Positions 1 to 9,702 of a DNA stretch of 64,000 nucleotides are shown here, in pieces. The stretch spans positions 274,276 to 338,275 of the forward strand of contig CAZAYU010000001.1 of NCBI GenBank assembly GCA_964489445.1. Direction: 5' to 3'. This DNA is from an uncultured Planctomycetia bacterium (GTDB lineage: Bacteria > Omnitrophota > Gorgyraeia > Duberdicusellales > 4484-171). A program made the translations under genes and the position numbers. A model generated the notes under the pieces. It saw nothing but the letters and a program-made list of their open reading frames with translations. It was not told the origin of the DNA and did no database searches. Position 1 is the first letter of the stretch. Each line of letters opens with the position of its first letter.

Positions 1-872
1 GTATTGTTTATGAGTATTACATTTCCGCGGGCAATTCTTAATTCTTTTATCAGTCCATTACTTTCTTCGATTAGGTTTTCAATCTTTTTGGAATCCATCA
101 CTTTTTTTATCTTTTTGTAGTTCATATCCAAACCAACCAATCCATTAACCCAAGATACTCCTTCAATGTTATCTACGCGCCAGCTAATATATTTATCCAC
201 TTTGTTAGGATAAACTTCATTTATTGCTAGTATGGCTTTGGCTTCTTCTTGCGGATAGCCACGACTTCCTTCTGAGGCAATAGGGTAAATAACCAAATTT
301 ATTCTATTTTCTTTGGAGAATTTTACCAAATCCTGATACACATCTTTTGCTTTTTCATTATATAAATCCAAGAATAAATCAATTCTTTGCGGTTTTTTCT
401 CCCGATTTAAAAATAAAAATAATCCAGATAGATTTCCTTTAGCGATAACTGCCCCGTTTTTTTCTTCAAATAGTTCTTTCGTCTTATGAAATTTTTTTTC
501 TTTTTTAATTTCATTGCCGATTAGAAAAAACGGTAAAGTTTCTACCTCATATTCCTTAATAATTTTTTTAGCTTGTTTGCTGCGATAATCCATAACTTTT
601 AGATCAATATCTAGAAAATTATCGTCTAAAAATTTTTCTGTCGCCTTAGTTGAGCAGAAAGAACAATTTTCATCAGTAATCGCTAGCACTTCTATAACAT
701 TTGGCTCGTGATATACGCATGAAGAAAATTCTTCTCCAGCGCCATCACACTGAGCAACCAGCCCTTCCACAACAGGGCAATCATTATCTACAGAGCAAGC
801 CGAATATGCTTTTGGCATCAATCCAAGAAGAATCAATACAAAAAACGCACCCCATAAATTATTACGTCTCAT
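1..872 (-). CDS. Secreted thioredoxin/DsbA-like protein (runs off the window edge; absent from ORF track)
   Basis: Manual translation from ATG at 872 (RBS GGAGGG): MRRNNLWGAFFVLILLGLMPKAYSA signal peptide, Cys-rich N-terminus, ENCSFCST CxxC motif, later ETLPFF cis-Pro-like loop. Confidence 0.7.
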   Translation of the reverse strand, partial: MRRNNLWGAFFVLILLGLMPKAYSACSVDNDCPVVEGLVAQCDGAGEEFSSCVYHEPNVIEVLAITDENCSFCSTKATEKFLDDNFLDIDLKVMDYRSKQAKKIIKEYEVETLPFFLIGNEIKKEKKFHKTKELFEEKNGAVIAKGNLSGLFLFLNREKKPQRIDLFLDLYNEKAKDVYQDLVKFSKENRINLVIYPIASEGSRGYPQEEAKAILAINEVYPNKVDKYISWRVDNIEGVSWVNGLVGLDMNYKKIKKVMDSKKIENLIEESNGLIKELRIARGNVILINN

Positions 873-950
873 TTTACCCTCCATACTATTTCCATGAATA
901 ACAATTAGTTCTCTTTAAAAAATTATACATAATTATTTTGGCCAATTATT

Positions 951-2531
951 CTATAATTTTACCAGTTTCAGTGAGATAATATTAGGATTATCTTTAATCT
1001 TGTCCGCAATATTCTTATCTACTGGATTATCTAAGTTGAGAATTGTTAACGCTGAGCCAGTAATTGCACTTCTTCCTAAGCTCATGCCGGCAATGTTAAT
1101 ACCACAAGAGCCTAATGTTGTACCCAGAAAACCAATAACTCCTGGTTTATCTTGGTTATTAATAACAATCATGTGATCCGAAGGCGCTATCTCTATATAA
1201 ACATCATCCATTTTTACAAACCGAGGTTCCCGGTTAGCAAATAATGTCCCTTCCAAAATTCGTTCTTGTTTATCGGTAATAATCTTGACTCTTAAAGAAT
1301 TGACATACTCACCTTCTTCTCTAACCTTTATTTGTTCTATTTTTACACCTCTTGTTTTCGCTGACTCTAAAGCATTTATGTAGTTTATATCATCCTCTAA
1401 TTGCTGTGATAAGACACCCCGGATAAATGCTGACCCTATAACATCCACCTTGTAGGTTGATATTTCTCCCAAATAATAAATTTGTATTTCTTTTATCCTC
1501 CCCTCAATTAGCTGAGAAATGAATTTGCCCATCTTCTCGGCTAATTTAAAGTATGGTTCGATAGCTTTGTATGTTTCCGGATCAAGCTGTGCGTAATTTA
1601 TTGCGTTTCTTATTGCCTTGCCCAATAAAGCATCTTTTATACAATGAGCTACTTCAACAGCAACATTTATTTGAGCCTCACCAGTAGAGGCACCCAAATG
1701 CGGCGTAACAATAATATTATCTAACTCTAAAAGCTGTGAGTCTAAAGGCGGCTCCTGACAAAAAACATCTAAAGCCGCTCCGGCAATTTTTTTGTTACTT
1801 AATGCGGTATACAGGGCTTTCTCGTCAATAATACCTCCCCGAGCACAATTAATTATAAACGCGTTTGGCTTCATCAAACCAAATTCCCGGTCAGAGATAA
1901 TTGCTCTGGTTTCTTCAGTCAACGGAGTGTGCACGGTTATAAAATCTGCTGTTTTTATTATTTCTGACAAATCAGCTAATTTCACCCCTGTTCTCTCAGC
2001 TGCTTCTTCGGTAACAAACGGATCGTAAACTAAAACTTCCATGCCAAATGCTACCGCTCGCTTAGCCACTTCCTTTCCAATACGTCCTAAACCAAGAATT
2101 CCTAATATTTTTGAATATAGTTCTGTTCCCTTGAATTTTGATTTTTCCCAAAGTTTACTTTTTAGCGAAATATGAGCAAAAGGAATATTCCTAGCTGCAG
2201 CAAGCATCAAGGCAAAAGCTTGCTCGCATGTTGATATTGTATTCCCACCCGGAGCATTCATCACAATTATCCCTTTTTTAGTGGCTGCTTCAATATCCAC
2301 ATTATCTACACCCACTCCAGCTCTCCCGATAACTTTAAGGTTATCGGCATGTTGAATAATGTCTGCCGTTAGCTGAGTACCACTTCTAATGACAATGCCT
2401 TGATAATTACCAATAATTTTTTTAAGTTCGTCCGGACTTAAATTATACTTGCAATCCACGCTAAAACCTGCCGCCTCAAGAATCTGAATTCCTTCGGGCG
2501 ATAATTTATCTGATACAATGATTTTATCCAT
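951..2531 (-). CDS. serA: D-3-phosphoglycerate dehydrogenase (with ASB and ACT domains)
   Basis: RAGVGVDNVD, GLGRIG, INCARGG, TPHLGAST, C-terminal DKPGVIG ACT domain. Confidence 0.95.
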   Translation of the reverse strand: MDKIIVSDKLSPEGIQILEAAGFSVDCKYNLSPDELKKIIGNYQGIVIRSGTQLTADIIQHADNLKVIGRAGVGVDNVDIEAATKKGIIVMNAPGGNTISTCEQAFALMLAAARNIPFAHISLKSKLWEKSKFKGTELYSKILGILGLGRIGKEVAKRAVAFGMEVLVYDPFVTEEAAERTGVKLADLSEIIKTADFITVHTPLTEETRAIISDREFGLMKPNAFIINCARGGIIDEKALYTALSNKKIAGAALDVFCQEPPLDSQLLELDNIIVTPHLGASTGEAQINVAVEVAHCIKDALLGKAIRNAINYAQLDPETYKAIEPYFKLAEKMGKFISQLIEGRIKEIQIYYLGEISTYKVDVIGSAFIRGVLSQQLEDDINYINALESAKTRGVKIEQIKVREEGEYVNSLRVKIITDKQERILEGTLFANREPRFVKMDDVYIEIAPSDHMIVINNQDKPGVIGFLGTTLGSCGINIAGMSLGRSAITGSALTILNLDNPVDKNIADKIKDNPNIISLKLVKL

Positions 2532-3657
2532 AGAAAACCTCCTCTAGCTTCATTAATGAAGCACCAATGTTGAATTTATGTCCTGCATCTTTCAATACTT
2601 TTTCCAGTAATGAAAAACATCCTATCAAGTCCTGTTCATTTATCCAACCCATATGAGCAATTCTAAATATTTTATCTTTCGCTTCGGCCTGCCCTCCGGC
2701 AATACTTAACCCATAATCACTTCTTAATGATTTAACAAGGCCTGAAGATTTAATCCCCACCGGAGCATTAATCGCTGTTACTGAATTAGAAGGACTTTTA
2801 GAAAAAAGTGATAGATTCAACGATTTAGCCGCTTCTCTGGCAGCATAAGCCATTTTCTTGTATCTTTGACAGCGATTAACAATTCCTTCTTTATTTATTG
2901 AATTTAACGCTTCTCTCAAGGCAACAATTAGCGAAACTGCCGGAGTAAAGGGAGTATCATTTTTTGCATGGCTTTTTAAAGCCTTTTTCAAATTAAAGTA
3001 ATACTTGGGCAAATTAGATGTTTCAGCTGCCTTCTGAGCTTGAGCACTTAAAGATATAAACCCTAACCCGGGAGGAAGCATAAATCCTTTTTGTGAGCCA
3101 CTAACAACTGCGTCAATACCCCAGTTATCAATGTCAATAAAATCCTGTCCTAGTCCGCTGACAGCATCGACCGCTAATAGCATACTCTTACCCTTAACTA
3201 CCTTGGCAATTTCTTTAATATCATAAACAGTAGCTGTAGATGTTTCGCATAACGTCGTAAGAACTCCCTTTGCATCCTGATTTTTACTTAGCAACTCGTC
3301 AAGCTCTTCCGCGTTTGGCGCACTACCCCACGGAACATTCATTTCAATTACTTCCAGCTGAAAACTTTTGGCAATTTCTCCCCATCTTTCTCCAAATTTT
3401 CCTCCACAAATGGTTACAACTTTATCACCTGATGAAAAAAGATTGCTTACCGCAGCCTCCATTGCTCCTGTTCCAGAAGAAGAAATAATTAATACCGGAT
3501 TATTTGTACAAAAAACTTTCTTTAACCCATCATGCACTTCTCCTAAAATTTCCTGAAATTCTGCAGTACGATGATGAATCATTTCTTTTGCCAAGCTTTC
3601 TCGAATAAAAGAAGGTACTGGCGAGGGGCCAGGGGTCATTAAGATTTTTCTTTTCAT
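2524..3657 (-). CDS. Class V PLP aminotransferase (alanine-glyoxylate/serine-pyruvate family; probable phosphoserine aminotransferase role)
   Basis: MTPGP, SSGTGAMEAA, DAVSG, SGSQKGFMLPPG, FRIAHMG; overlaps serA. Confidence 0.85.
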   Translation of the reverse strand: MKRKILMTPGPSPVPSFIRESLAKEMIHHRTAEFQEILGEVHDGLKKVFCTNNPVLIISSSGTGAMEAAVSNLFSSGDKVVTICGGKFGERWGEIAKSFQLEVIEMNVPWGSAPNAEELDELLSKNQDAKGVLTTLCETSTATVYDIKEIAKVVKGKSMLLAVDAVSGLGQDFIDIDNWGIDAVVSGSQKGFMLPPGLGFISLSAQAQKAAETSNLPKYYFNLKKALKSHAKNDTPFTPAVSLIVALREALNSINKEGIVNRCQRYKKMAYAAREAAKSLNLSLFSKSPSNSVTAINAPVGIKSSGLVKSLRSDYGLSIAGGQAEAKDKIFRIAHMGWINEQDLIGCFSLLEKVLKDAGHKFNIGASLMKLEEVFYG

Positions 3658-3711
3658 TTTGTCTCCTGATTATTTATATTGATATTATTGAAAAATGTCT
3701 AATAAAAAGTA

Positions 3712-4305
3712 CTACTTATTAGAAATAATTACTTCATCGACTATTCCGTAAACTTTAGCCTCTTGTGCAGTCATAAAATAGTCTCGGTCAACATCTTTTT
3801 GAATTTTTTCTACAGCACAACCAGTATGCAAGGACAAAACCCTATTTAAATTGTCCCGAATCCGTAAAATTTCTTTCGTATGACGAGATATGTCCTCGGC
3901 TGTCCCCTGCACTCCTCCCCATGGCTGATGGATCATTATTCGTGAATTAGGAAGCGCCTGTCGTTTACCTTTAGCACCAGCACACAACAATAACGCCCCC
4001 ATGGAAGCTGCCTGGCCAACACAATAAGTTGCCACAGCACATTTTACAAACTGCATTGTATCATAAATTGCCATCCCCGCAGTAGTAACCCCCCCGGGTG
4101 TATTGATGTAGATATTAATATCTTTATTCGCGTCTTCCATTTGCAAAAATAACATTTGGGCAATCACAATATTAGCAACATTATCATCTATAGGCGTACC
4201 AATAAAAATTATCCTGTCTTTTAGCAAACGCGAATAAATATCATAAGCCCTTTCTCCTCGTCCTGATTGTTCTACTACCATTGGTATATACACTTGGCTA
4301 TTCAT
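3712..4305 (-). CDS. clpP: ATP-dependent Clp protease proteolytic subunit
   Basis: [28 protein letters not shown]. Confidence 0.97.
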   Translation of the reverse strand: MNSQVYIPMVVEQSGRGERAYDIYSRLLKDRIIFIGTPIDDNVANIVIAQMLFLQMEDANKDINIYINTPGGVTTAGMAIYDTMQFVKCAVATYCVGQAASMGALLLCAGAKGKRQALPNSRIMIHQPWGGVQGTAEDISRHTKEILRIRDNLNRVLSLHTGCAVEKIQKDVDRDYFMTAQEAKVYGIVDEVIISNK

Positions 4306-4365
4306 TATTTGACCTCCTAATTATTTCGAAATAATCTCCAACAACAAATGTTTCACTATTTTCTT

Positions 4366-5250
4366 TTAGTACTGAGCCTTACTTAAGATTAGCCCAAATA
4401 TAATATCCCCTAAGTTTTCACCGATTTTTATTTTTTCATGTTTAGCAATTGCTTCTAATATATAAAACATCTTCATCTCATCAGAAGCCAACGGCTTTAA
4501 TTTCTCTTCCACTTCTTTGCGATACTTTTCAATATCTTCATCAGATATACCTTTACGACGTAGATTGTATACTTCCCTTTCCACCAGCTCTTTATGGTAG
4601 CGATCAACTTCTCCGCAAGGTAAATCAACCTTGAACGACTTAAGCAAATGACCTCTTATTTGATTTTCTACTGCTTTTCTTCTTTCCCGCATTTTTTCTA
4701 CAGTTAGCTGAACCTTCAAGGCATCTCTTAAATCAGAAACATCACGATAAGAAGACCATTTCGCCAGACTTATATCATCTAAATCCTGCTCTGTTATTTT
4801 TTTTATCTGCTCCTTTAAATTGGTTAATGCTTTTTCAATTTCAATTTCTTCAACCTTAATCTTTTTATCCTTTATTTTTATTCCCTGATAAAAACTATCC
4901 TTTACTTCAATTTCCGGCTTTACCTCCAGCTCTGCTGAAAAAATTAACCTCTGTCCGTCAAGTTCAACATTTGAGATCTGTGGAGAAGTAGCCGGAGCTA
5001 TTCCATTTTCTTCCAACGCTTTTTGATAGAAAACCGGTAGCATTTTCTTTAAAAACTCTTCCTTTAAAAGCTTACCGTGGTGTTTTTCTATAATTTCTAG
5101 CGGAGCGCTGCCCGGACGAAATCCCGGAACTTTTAGCTCTTTCGCGCTCTTACGGTAGGAGCTATCTTTTTCCTTTAAAAAATAATCTCCTTCAACTTCA
5201 ATCTTAATCTTTCTCTTCAGTCTATCCAGCTTCTTAACATCGACCTTCAT
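4366..5250 (-). CDS. tig: Trigger factor, short form lacking the FKBP PPIase domain
   Basis: VPGFRPGSAP ribosome-binding signature; directly upstream of clpP; only 294 aa. Confidence 0.85.
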   Translation of the reverse strand: MKVDVKKLDRLKRKIKIEVEGDYFLKEKDSSYRKSAKELKVPGFRPGSAPLEIIEKHHGKLLKEEFLKKMLPVFYQKALEENGIAPATSPQISNVELDGQRLIFSAELEVKPEIEVKDSFYQGIKIKDKKIKVEEIEIEKALTNLKEQIKKITEQDLDDISLAKWSSYRDVSDLRDALKVQLTVEKMRERRKAVENQIRGHLLKSFKVDLPCGEVDRYHKELVEREVYNLRRKGISDEDIEKYRKEVEEKLKPLASDEMKMFYILEAIAKHEKIKIGENLGDIIFGLILSKAQY

Positions 5251-5329
5251 AATTTTTTAATCCTTTCTTTTGAGGTTATTAATTGTTACTAAATAATCAA
5301 ACAATATATCTATGTAAACAGTTAAAGAA

Positions 5330-6052
5330 TTACATCCGGAAATCATCCCCCAGGTAAACTCTCCTGGTTTCCGCGTGATTGATCAAATCATTAGATGTCC
5401 CGGAAATTAAAATCCTTCCTTCAGAAATTAAATAAGCTCTGTCGGTTATAGAGAGTGTCTCGCGCACATTGTGATCGGTAATCAGGATACCCATTCCTTT
5501 ATCCTTGAGCTCCGCTATAATCCCCTTAGCCTCTCCGACTACAATAGGGTCAATACCCGAGAACGGTTCATCCAAAAGTAAAAAAGAAGGATTAGTCACC
5601 AGCGCCCTGGTTATTTCTAGCCTCCGAGTCTCTCCTCCGCTTAGAGTGTACGCCTTGCTTTTTCTTAAGTGAGCAATATGTAACTCATCCAAAAGCTGAT
5701 CCAATTTCCTTAGCCGCTCAATTTTAGTTAACGGTAATATTTCCAAGATTGATAAGATATTCTCCTCAACAGTAAGCTTTCTAAATACAGACGGCTCCTG
5801 AGAAAGATAGCCAATACCAAATCTTGCCCGAACATGAATCGGCATATACGTAATATTTTGATTATCAAATGATATCTGGCCCTGCTCCGGAGGAATAATC
5901 CCCACAACCATATAAAAAGTAGTAGTTTTGCCCGCACCATTAGGTCCAAGCAAGCCAACAATCTCTCCTCGCTTAACAGATAAAGACACCTCTTTAACTA
6001 CCGCCTTTTTCCCATAGGATTTACTAATGTTAGTGACTTCTAAAAGCTTCAT
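5330..6052 (-). CDS. lptB: LPS export ABC transporter ATPase
   Basis: GPNGAGKTTTFYM, LSGGETRRLEI, DEPFSGIDP, ITDHNVRETL. Confidence 0.96.
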   Translation of the reverse strand: MKLLEVTNISKSYGKKAVVKEVSLSVKRGEIVGLLGPNGAGKTTTFYMVVGIIPPEQGQISFDNQNITYMPIHVRARFGIGYLSQEPSVFRKLTVEENILSILEILPLTKIERLRKLDQLLDELHIAHLRKSKAYTLSGGETRRLEITRALVTNPSFLLLDEPFSGIDPIVVGEAKGIIAELKDKGMGILITDHNVRETLSITDRAYLISEGRILISGTSNDLINHAETRRVYLGDDFRM

Positions 6053-6078
6053 ATTGTTTACTCATAAACAATTTACAT

Positions 6079-6927
6079 CTAACTACCAAAAAATGAACCA
6101 GAGTTATCTCCTTCCTGGGGGTAATATATTACACGCGGTCTACCTTCTAACACCATTCTTTGCCCTTTATCGTAATAAGTAGCCTTTTCCGAAAACGTAA
6201 TATTTTCTCCTCGAACTATTTTTACATTTCCCACAGCAACGACTTTTATAATGCCTTTACTCTCTTTATCAAGAAAAAATGTCGCCTTATCACAGAATAA
6301 TTTACCCTCTTTTTTAACAAATACTACATCCTTATTAAAAGTGGCGATTCCCTTGCTATATTCAATCTCCAGCGGACCGCTACAAGAAGCTGTTCCCACA
6401 TCATCATTTTCTATGTCAGAGAATTTTACTTCTACATCTTTTAAGAAATCAGCATCTTTCAATTGTGTATCCGCTGTCATCCCTGTAGCAGTTATCTGCA
6501 TTGTATCTTTTGTTGTTTTAACCCAATCTTTAGTTTCAATGTAATTTTTCTCTCTCTGCCAATTCAAAGAGTCAGTCACTAAAGTTGCTCCATCTTCATT
6601 CTCAACGTGTACATCCTCTTTAAGTTCTACATCCATATTATTTTTATTAATCCTAGCCTTATTGGAAGTTATTAAAATAGTATCCCCTTCTGGATAATAA
6701 TTAGCTTCCATATCTTCAATGTCTACATAGTCATCGTGAATAATAGCTTCTTCTCCTTTAACTTCCCAGTCACGTGTTCCGTCTTCTTTAACATTAGAAA
6801 GATAAAAGTCCGTTATTCTTTGTTCAGCATAAACTTTCCATCCTCCAATTCCAATTGAAATAGTCAACAAAACAAAAAACATTACCGTAACAATAAAAAA
6901 ACGCATAACTAATCCTTTTAAAACCAT
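6079..6927 (-). CDS. lptC: LptC-LptA(OstA)-like fusion protein
   Basis: N-terminal TM anchor, LptC-like beta-jellyroll (W.VKG, TDSLNW), then LptA-like C-terminal part (VAVGNVKI, EKATYY, LEGRPRV); lies between kdsC and lptB. Confidence 0.8.
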   Translation of the reverse strand: MVLKGLVMRFFIVTVMFFVLLTISIGIGGWKVYAEQRITDFYLSNVKEDGTRDWEVKGEEAIIHDDYVDIEDMEANYYPEGDTILITSNKARINKNNMDVELKEDVHVENEDGATLVTDSLNWQREKNYIETKDWVKTTKDTMQITATGMTADTQLKDADFLKDVEVKFSDIENDDVGTASCSGPLEIEYSKGIATFNKDVVFVKKEGKLFCDKATFFLDKESKGIIKVVAVGNVKIVRGENITFSEKATYYDKGQRMVLEGRPRVIYYPQEGDNSGSFFGS

Positions 6928-6947
6928 AATTTACCGCCCTGTTCTTG

Positions 6948-7496
6948 CTATCGCTTAATATTCTTTAATATCAAACTAACCTTTTTCTCTAACTTTTGAT
7001 ATTTAATAATTAAGTCAATTACTTCGCGAACCGCGCCTTCTCCGCCATTTTTTCGGGTAACATAGCAGGCAGCTTTTCTAACCGCCAAAACTGCATCTCG
7101 AACAGCTATACCAGAACCAACAACCTTTATTAATCCTAAATCAATTAAATCGTCTCCGATAAAACAAATATTTTTATTATCTACTGCATATTTTTTTTTA
7201 ATCTGACTAAGCGCTTTCTCCTTGGGTAAAAACCCTCCGATTACCTCCTCTACTCCCATATCCTTAGCCCTTTTTTTAAGTACTGGCGAGTTATTAGCCG
7301 AAAGGAAGATAGTTTTAATCCCTAACTTACCTAAAATAAATACTCCCAACCCATCTTTTACATTAAAAATCTTTAGCTCTCTTCCCTGGTCATCATAAAT
7401 AATTTCGCCTTTAGTCAGCACCCCGTCAACATCTAAGATGAGTAATTTAACTTCTTTCAACAAACCACTTATATTTTTTTTCCCACGAACAGCCAT
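6948..7496 (-). CDS. kdsC: KDO 8-phosphate phosphatase
   Basis: LDVDGVLT, FNVKDG, GDDLID, GGEGAVRE. Confidence 0.93.
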   Translation of the reverse strand: MAVRGKKNISGLLKEVKLLILDVDGVLTKGEIIYDDQGRELKIFNVKDGLGVFILGKLGIKTIFLSANNSPVLKKRAKDMGVEEVIGGFLPKEKALSQIKKKYAVDNKNICFIGDDLIDLGLIKVVGSGIAVRDAVLAVRKAACYVTRKNGGEGAVREVIDLIIKYQKLEKKVSLILKNIKR

Positions 7497-7501
7497 AATT
7501 A

Positions 7502-8482
7502 CTATATAACTCCGGCAGCCATTAAATCCTGAATATCCAGCATCCCAACGGGATGTCCTTTTTTATTAACCACTGGAACCTCATCAATCTTCTTTTTTTC
7601 TAAAGTTTTTAGTGCAGAGGAGGCTAATTCATCTTCGCACACAGTAACTGGATTACAAGTCATAACCGCTTTAACTTTCTTTTTTAATAAATCCGGATAT
7701 TTTTCTAAATTTCTTCGTAAGTCCCCATCGGTAAATATCCCTATTAATAGACCCTGCTTATCAATAACAGCTGCTGCTCCCGCGTGTGATGAAGTAATTT
7801 TAACAATTACTTCTTTTATCAAAACATCTTCGGTCACTATTGGATTTGATTTGCCCTTCCGCATAGCATCTTTTACCTTAAATAGCAGCTTTCTTCCTAA
7901 GGAACCACGAGGATGAAACATTGCAAAATCTTTTTCCTTAAACCCCTTTAGTTTTTGTAGTACTACTGAAACCGCATCACAAATAGCAAGCATTGCCGTA
8001 GTTGAAGTAGTAGGAGCTAACCCCAACGCACAAGCTTCCTTGTCTACTTTTACATCAATCACCCCGTCTGCATAACGGGCAAGATTCGATTTTATGTTTC
8101 CGGTTATAGCCACAATTTTTGCCCCCAATCTTTTTATAAACGGCACAAGATTTTTAATTTCATCTGTCTCTCCACTGTAAGACAAAATAACAATCACATC
8201 ATCCTCTCTAACGCTGCCTAAATCTCCGTGCACCGCCTCAGCCGGATGAAGCCAAAAAGAAGAAGAACCAGTTGAAGAAAGTGTAGCGGAAAACTTTTGC
8301 CCAATTATTCCTGCTTTACCCATACCGGCAACCACAATCCTTCCCCGGCAACGAAAAATTATATTAATCGCTCTTAAAAAATTGTCATCTAAACTACTAT
8401 TTAAGGAATCTATTCCCTTTTTCTCAGTATCTAAGACTTCCTTGGCCCACTTTATGATTTCGTTGTTCTTAGCTTTTTTCAT
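7502..8482 (-). CDS. kdsD: Arabinose-5-phosphate isomerase (SIS plus 2 CBS domains)
   Basis: GMGKAG, EAVHGDLG, APTTSTT, FHPRGSLG, FTDGDLRR. Confidence 0.95.
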   Translation of the reverse strand: MKKAKNNEIIKWAKEVLDTEKKGIDSLNSSLDDNFLRAINIIFRCRGRIVVAGMGKAGIIGQKFSATLSSTGSSSFWLHPAEAVHGDLGSVREDDVIVILSYSGETDEIKNLVPFIKRLGAKIVAITGNIKSNLARYADGVIDVKVDKEACALGLAPTTSTTAMLAICDAVSVVLQKLKGFKEKDFAMFHPRGSLGRKLLFKVKDAMRKGKSNPIVTEDVLIKEVIVKITSSHAGAAAVIDKQGLLIGIFTDGDLRRNLEKYPDLLKKKVKAVMTCNPVTVCEDELASSALKTLEKKKIDEVPVVNKKGHPVGMLDIQDLMAAGVI

Positions 8483-8559
8483 CTTCCCTCTTCTCTACTA
8501 ATTTACTTTTAATTATTTTTACTATATAAATTTTCTAACACACTACTAACAGCTTTGGT

Positions 8560-9510
8560 TTATTTACAGCATAGTGCGTAACATCCTATCAACCCGATGG
8601 CGTAGCAACTCCAACTATTTTTAGAATCAGGATAGGAATCATACAGTCCAAAACCAAGATTTCCATGACAACCGCCATTTATAAGTTGAGACCCCGAAGG
8701 ACAGTTGCATTGTGCCTGCCCAGAACCTCCGTTTGTTGAAGTTTTTAGTGAACAATTCCAACTTCCAGGACTTCCGCCTCCCCCCAACGCCTGCCAGCTA
8801 GTTGAGTCACGATAATTAAGCTCATCATCGGTCGTATTATAAACAATTGACCCTTCCGCGGGAGTAGGAATCAAATTCCGTTCTGCTAAAGTCATTCGCG
8901 GCGGGATGAATCCACTAGTCGTAGATGCAACGTCTAGTTGCGCTTCCGGATTCATTGTTCCAATACCCAAATTGCCAGACGTTTTATCAATAAATAGCCT
9001 ATTAGTCACATTTGTCTTGTCCCAACTCGCTATTGTAAGATTTCTATTACTATCCTTGGCAATACCCCAACCATCCATCTCGTTCCAACCATAATACTTA
9101 TCTACTAAATAATACCCGGCAAATTGACCAGGAGGAGTTTCTAAAGCTACTCCGGCATGAGTGTCTTTATACATATATAAAGGATTCCATGAATAGGCTT
9201 CGTTTGTTCCAATAGTTACATTCCCTTCAACCGCTAATCCAGTTCCTGTAGAAAATTGATCATCAGTAGGAACACAAGTTCCGGAATCAGCAAAGCAATA
9301 CCCATCTTCTCCAGGATCATAGTAACCTTCACCAATAGCCATTCTCTTTGCTCTTAATTCACTGTATATTCCAATCGGTGCCGGATAATAGGTGACTAAA
9401 GTTATAGTTTCATTATTATCATCTGCTTCTTCAGCAAACAACGGGATGTATATCAAACACAATAAAAGAAATACGCTTAAACAAATAACTCTTAGAATAC
9501 TTTTTTTCAT
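8560..9510 (-). CDS. Secreted TYYP-motif protein with GIGT beta-repeats and Cys-rich C-terminal domain (putative adhesin/fibre)
   Basis: Signal peptide, ETITLVTYYPAP, GNLGIGT.NP, GFIPPRMT..ER, C-terminal CPSG...GGC...W.C...ALCCK. Confidence 0.7.
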   Translation of the reverse strand: MKKSILRVICLSVFLLLCLIYIPLFAEEADDNNETITLVTYYPAPIGIYSELRAKRMAIGEGYYDPGEDGYCFADSGTCVPTDDQFSTGTGLAVEGNVTIGTNEAYSWNPLYMYKDTHAGVALETPPGQFAGYYLVDKYYGWNEMDGWGIAKDSNRNLTIASWDKTNVTNRLFIDKTSGNLGIGTMNPEAQLDVASTTSGFIPPRMTLAERNLIPTPAEGSIVYNTTDDELNYRDSTSWQALGGGGSPGSWNCSLKTSTNGGSGQAQCNCPSGSQLINGGCHGNLGFGLYDSYPDSKNSWSCYAIGLIGCYALCCK

Positions 9511-9591
9511 TCTACCCCGATAATCCTCTTAATCCTGTATTATCCATCTTCCACCTTGAAGGTGGCAATTCGGTTTTTCTTCTCTACTTTT

Positions 9592-9690
9592 TCGTCCCTC
9601 TTCCGTCATCTATCGTCCATCGTTTTCTTCACTTGCCCCTTAACCCTTATCTCTTAATCACTACTCAACCTCAGCCTTGACCTGAGCCTT
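9592..9690. repeat. Cluster of degenerate 6-7 nt tandem repeats
   Basis: tcgtccc-tcttccg-tcatcta-tcgtcca-tcgtttt; cccctta-accctta-tctctta; ctcaac-ctcagc-cttgac-ctgagc. Confidence 0.6.
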
Positions 9691-9702
9691 TATCTCTATA
9701 GG

